Shown one piece after another: positions 7,707-10,910 of a DNA stretch of 10,910 nt. This stretch comes from an uncultured Gemmatimonadales bacterium (lineage in GTDB: Bacteria > Gemmatimonadota > Gemmatimonadetes > Gemmatimonadales > GWC2-71-9), in the NCBI GenBank assembly GCA_963844035.1, contig CAWJMT010000028.1:1-10910 (forward strand), read 5' to 3'. The notes beneath the pieces were generated by a model. It saw only the letters and a list, made by a program, of their open reading frames with translations. It had not been told where the DNA came from and did no database searches. Within the stretch, counting starts at the first letter, position 1. Every line of letters begins with the position of its first letter. A program made the position numbers and the translations under genes.

Positions 7707-9003
7707 GTGATTCCTCGGGACCCCTGGCCGCGGCTCGGCTCCTCCTCCGCCACGCGGGCCGCCATTGCCGCCGTCTACGCTCTCATACTCGTCATCGCCC
7801 TGGCGGAAGTGGCGCGGTCCGTATCCCGGGCTGATCGCCTGGACTACACCAACTATCCCATTCTGGGCGAGGTGGTGCTGACCGGGGGCGACCCGTACGA
7901 CAACCCCTACAACTCCTGGCCACCGTTTTTCCTGCTCGTCGCCGCGCTGCTCGGCCTCGGCGCCAGGATTTCGGGTGTGGCCACGCTGGCCGTGTGGCAG
8001 CTCGCCAGCGTCCTCGCTGCCTGGGGATCCTTGAAACTCCTCGTGCGCTGCTTCGTGGACGACGGGCGCGAGCTCACCTTCTGGCCCCGCTCGCCGGACC
8101 GGCTCGCATTTGTATCGGCCCCGGTAGTCATCCCGCTGTTGGTCACCGCCCGGCTGTTCCTGGACAACTTGCAGCACGGACAGATCAACGCCCAGCTGCT
8201 GTTTCTCGCGCTGCTTGCCTTCGTCCTGTTTCGCGACCAGCGGCCGATCGCGGGCGGCTTCGCCCTCGCCCTGGCCGCGAGCATCAAGGCCGTGCCGGTG
8301 CTGCTGCTCGGCTACCTCGTGTACAAGCGGTGCTGGCGCGAAGTAGGGTGGACGGTGGGGTTCCTCGTACTGCTGAACCTCGTCATTCCGGTCGCGATCT
8401 TCGGCGCCGACGGCGTGGCGACGCAGTGGAAAAGCTGGTACGCGGTGGTCGGTGGCGAGCTGCTGAAGCCGATCGCACACCACCCGAACCAGGCGTTGCA
8501 ATCGGCCCTCAAGCGATTTCTGACGGTCGAAGGCGGCAGCACCAATCCCCTCAACGTGGCCGATCGCCGCGTGGTCGACGGCAGCGGTGGCGAGGGCTTT
8601 CTGGACCCTGGCAGCGGTGGCGCTCGTCGGGCTCGCGTGGCGGTTTCGGCACCATCCGCGTGACCTGGGTGACCGGCGCTGTGCTGCCGAGTACGCGATC
8701 TGCCTGGCGGCGATGACACTCGTCTCTCCGCTCGCCTGGACGGCGCATTTCGTGACGCTGCTCGCGCCCGCGGTCCTGGTCTGGAGCGCGCTCCGTGCAT
8801 TGCCCCACGACGCGGCCACGCGGCGGTGGGGTTTGGTGGCGTGGTGGACCGCGTTCGCCTGCCTCACCCTCAGCGCGCAGGGGTTCGTCGGCTGGACGTG
8901 GGCCGGGCGGCTCGAATCGCTGTCGGTGATCACGCTCGGGGCGCTGCTGGTCGTCGCATTGGCGCTCTCAGTGCTCCCGGCGCTGGCCCCGCGGCGCGTC
9001 TAG
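7707..9003 (+). CDS. GT87/DUF2029-family polytopic membrane glycosyltransferase (GT-C fold); one frameshift near 8560
   Basis: Many TM segments; YNSWPPFF, GQIN, SIKAVP, PNQAL and, after the shift, SPLAWTAHF motifs; start codon uncertain. Confidence 0.8.
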
Positions 9004-9596
9004 CCCTTCGGCCCCTTCCACACGACGGCCCGGATGTCATGAGACCGCTCGGCGGCAAACCGCTGAGCGGCCTGAAGATGTTCCTCGTAGTCCGTGTGCC
9101 ACGCGGCCGGCATGTGGGTCCGGAAATACCCGGCGGTCATCACCTCGCCCGCGGCTGCGGCCGCCGCACCGTGCCCGACCTCGACCACGTCGCCCAAAAA
9201 GCAGGTCGAGCTGCCGGTGTCCATCGCGTTCACCACGCGGCACTCGAAATGCGCATAACACTGATCCAGCACCGGCGCGCCCAGCCGGCCGGTGTGGTGC
9301 GGGACGTCCGCGAGCTTGTCCTTGGTGCGCCCGCTCACGAATCCCAGCCGGTGGATCAGCTCGAACTGGTCCTGACGGAGCAGGTGCATCACCAGCCGTC
9401 CGGTCTCGTAGATCATGTCGTGGCTGAGATTGAACTTGTGGATGTACACCGAGACCCGCGGGATCGTGGGGACGATCGAGGCGCGGATCGCGCTGTCGGA
9501 GATCATGCCGTTGCGCTTGCCGGCGCGCTCGCTGGTGATCGCCACCACGGGAGACGTGAGGTTGCGGAGCAGCTGATAGGTATGGTCGGGGTGCAT
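9000..9596 (-). CDS. Flavin reductase-like FMN-binding protein (DIM6/NTAB family)
   Basis: PVVAITS...RNGM, LGFVSGRTKDKL, GAPVLDQCYAHFECRVVNAMDTGSSTCFLGDVV; stop overlaps the GT87 stop (CTAG). Confidence 0.88.
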   Translation of the reverse strand: MHPDHTYQLLRNLTSPVVAITSERAGKRNGMISDSAIRASIVPTIPRVSVYIHKFNLSHDMIYETGRLVMHLLRQDQFELIHRLGFVSGRTKDKLADVPHHTGRLGAPVLDQCYAHFECRVVNAMDTGSSTCFLGDVVEVGHGAAAAAAGEVMTAGYFRTHMPAAWHTDYEEHLQAAQRFAAERSHDIRAVVWKGPKG

Positions 9597-9612
9597 GTGT
9601 TAATTATATGAC
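9597..9612. promoter_or_regulatory. Compact divergent promoter with overlapping -10 elements
   Basis: 16-bp AT-rich gap GTGTTAATTATATGAC; minus strand TATAAT (9608-9603) lies 6 nt before the ATG at 9596; plus strand TGnTAATTA lies 6 nt before the ATG at 9613. Confidence 0.65.
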
Positions 9613-10910
9613 ATGGCTCCGCTGTTGGATCGCTTCCGTGCCCATCTCGCGCGTACGCGCCTGTTCTCCGAACCCGGTGGGGCGATTGTGGCCGTTTCCG
9701 GGGGCGGGGACTCGCTCGTGTTGCTCGATCTGATGCATCAGGTCGCGGCGGAGTGGAGCCTGAGTCTCACGGTTGCGCACGCGGACCACGGGATGCAGGC
9801 GGGCAGTCGGGCAGTCGGGCAGGCGGTCAGAGAATTGGCGGAACAGTACAATCTCCCGTTCGAATTGGGCGAGCTCGAGCTTGGGCCGGACACGTCGGAA
9901 ACGGTGGCCCGGCGGGCACGCTATCGCTGGTTGCGGGAGGTGCAGCAGCGCGGCGGCGCCCGTTACCTCGTGACCGCACATCACCAGGATGACCAAACCG
10001 AGACGGTGCTGCTGCGAGTGTTGCGCGGCAGCGGCTTGGCGGGCTCGCCGGGATCCCCGGCCGTGGGCAGGGCGGGCTGGTGCGCCCGCTGCTCCCGTTC
10101 GCCAAGGCGGACCTCGCCGAGTACGCCGCCGCGCGCGGTGTCGCGGTGCACGACGACCCGGCGAATCGCGATCCCCGGCACGCGCGCTCGTGGGTACGGA
10201 CCGAGCTGCTGCCGCTCCTGGGCAAGCGGTTCGGTCCGGGCGTGGCCGCCGACGTGCTGCGCTTGGGTCGCCACGCCGCCTGGGATCGGCGCGCGTGGGA
10301 CCACGCGTTGGAACTCGTTCCCGAGCTGTCACTTCGAGCCCACGGCGGCGGTTTTGACGTTGCTCGGGGGGTGCTCGCCCGCTATGATCCGGCGTTGGCG
10401 GCCGCGTTGCTCGCGGCGGCAGCGCGGCGTGCCGGATTGGTGCTGGGTCCGGGTAAAGCGCGGCAGATGGCGGCCTTCGCCGCCAAGCCCTCCGGCCGCC
10501 GTATGCAGCTGCCGGGCGGATGGACCGCCGAGACGGCGTTCGAACGGCTGCGGGTGTTCCGCGAGGCGGGCCCGGCGCCGCAGGCGGTGGTGGGTGCGGC
10601 CGCACCGGGACGCGCCGTATTCGGTGAGTTCGTCGTGCAATGGGAGATGGCGCCAGCGCCGCGCACGCTCGAGCGGGCGGGTTGGACCACCTGGATCGGA
10701 CCCGATGGTTGGGAGTTGCGTTCCTATCACGCGGGTGACCGCCTGGTGCCGCTGGGCGGCGTGGGGCACCGGCCGGTGCGCCGCTTGTTGATGAAGCACA
10801 GGTGCCGCGCGGGGAGCGGGGACGATACCCCGTGGTCGCCCGCGGCGAAACGATTCTCTGGATTCCCGGGATCTGCCGGAGTGCGGCCGACCTCCCGCCG
10901 CCGGGAACCG
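9613..10910 (+). CDS. tilS: tRNA(Ile)-lysidine synthetase, 3'-truncated; single-base frameshifts near 10043 and 10793
   Basis: VAVSGGGDS PP-loop, ARRARY, TAHHQDDQTETVLLR; after the first shift LAGIP...LVRPLL, HDDPANRD, RSWVRTELLPLL, GDRLVPLG; after the second shift VPRGERGRYPVV...ILWIPG. Confidence 0.93.

Overview
GC-rich bacterial chromosomal window; gene order and style suggest Gemmatimonadota (inference only). The left part is a translationally coupled housekeeping run, thiL(partial)-plsC-eno-ftsB. It is followed by a cupredoxin-like lipoprotein and a 58-aa basic Cys/His microprotein that the ORF track misses. The middle (about 4.1-7.45 kb, minus strand) is a tandem pair of repeated units. 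Each unit has a sigma70-like promoter, a 175-200 nt 5' leader, a beta-propeller-like lipoprotein gene and the same GGGAGCGCAGG hairpin downstream. The two leaders are about 90% identical over 94 nt and can fold into the same stems, although the mature proteins are strongly diverged. This candidate structured cis-regulatory RNA is the most interesting signal in the window. The upstream lipoprotein copy is heavily frameshifted. The right part holds an elongator tRNA-Met, a GT87/DUF2029-type glycosyltransferase, a flavin reductase-like gene and tilS; the last two share a 16-bp divergent, probably leaderless promoter. Single-base frameshifts occur in several genes, including the normally essential tilS, so many breaks are probably sequencing or assembly indels.
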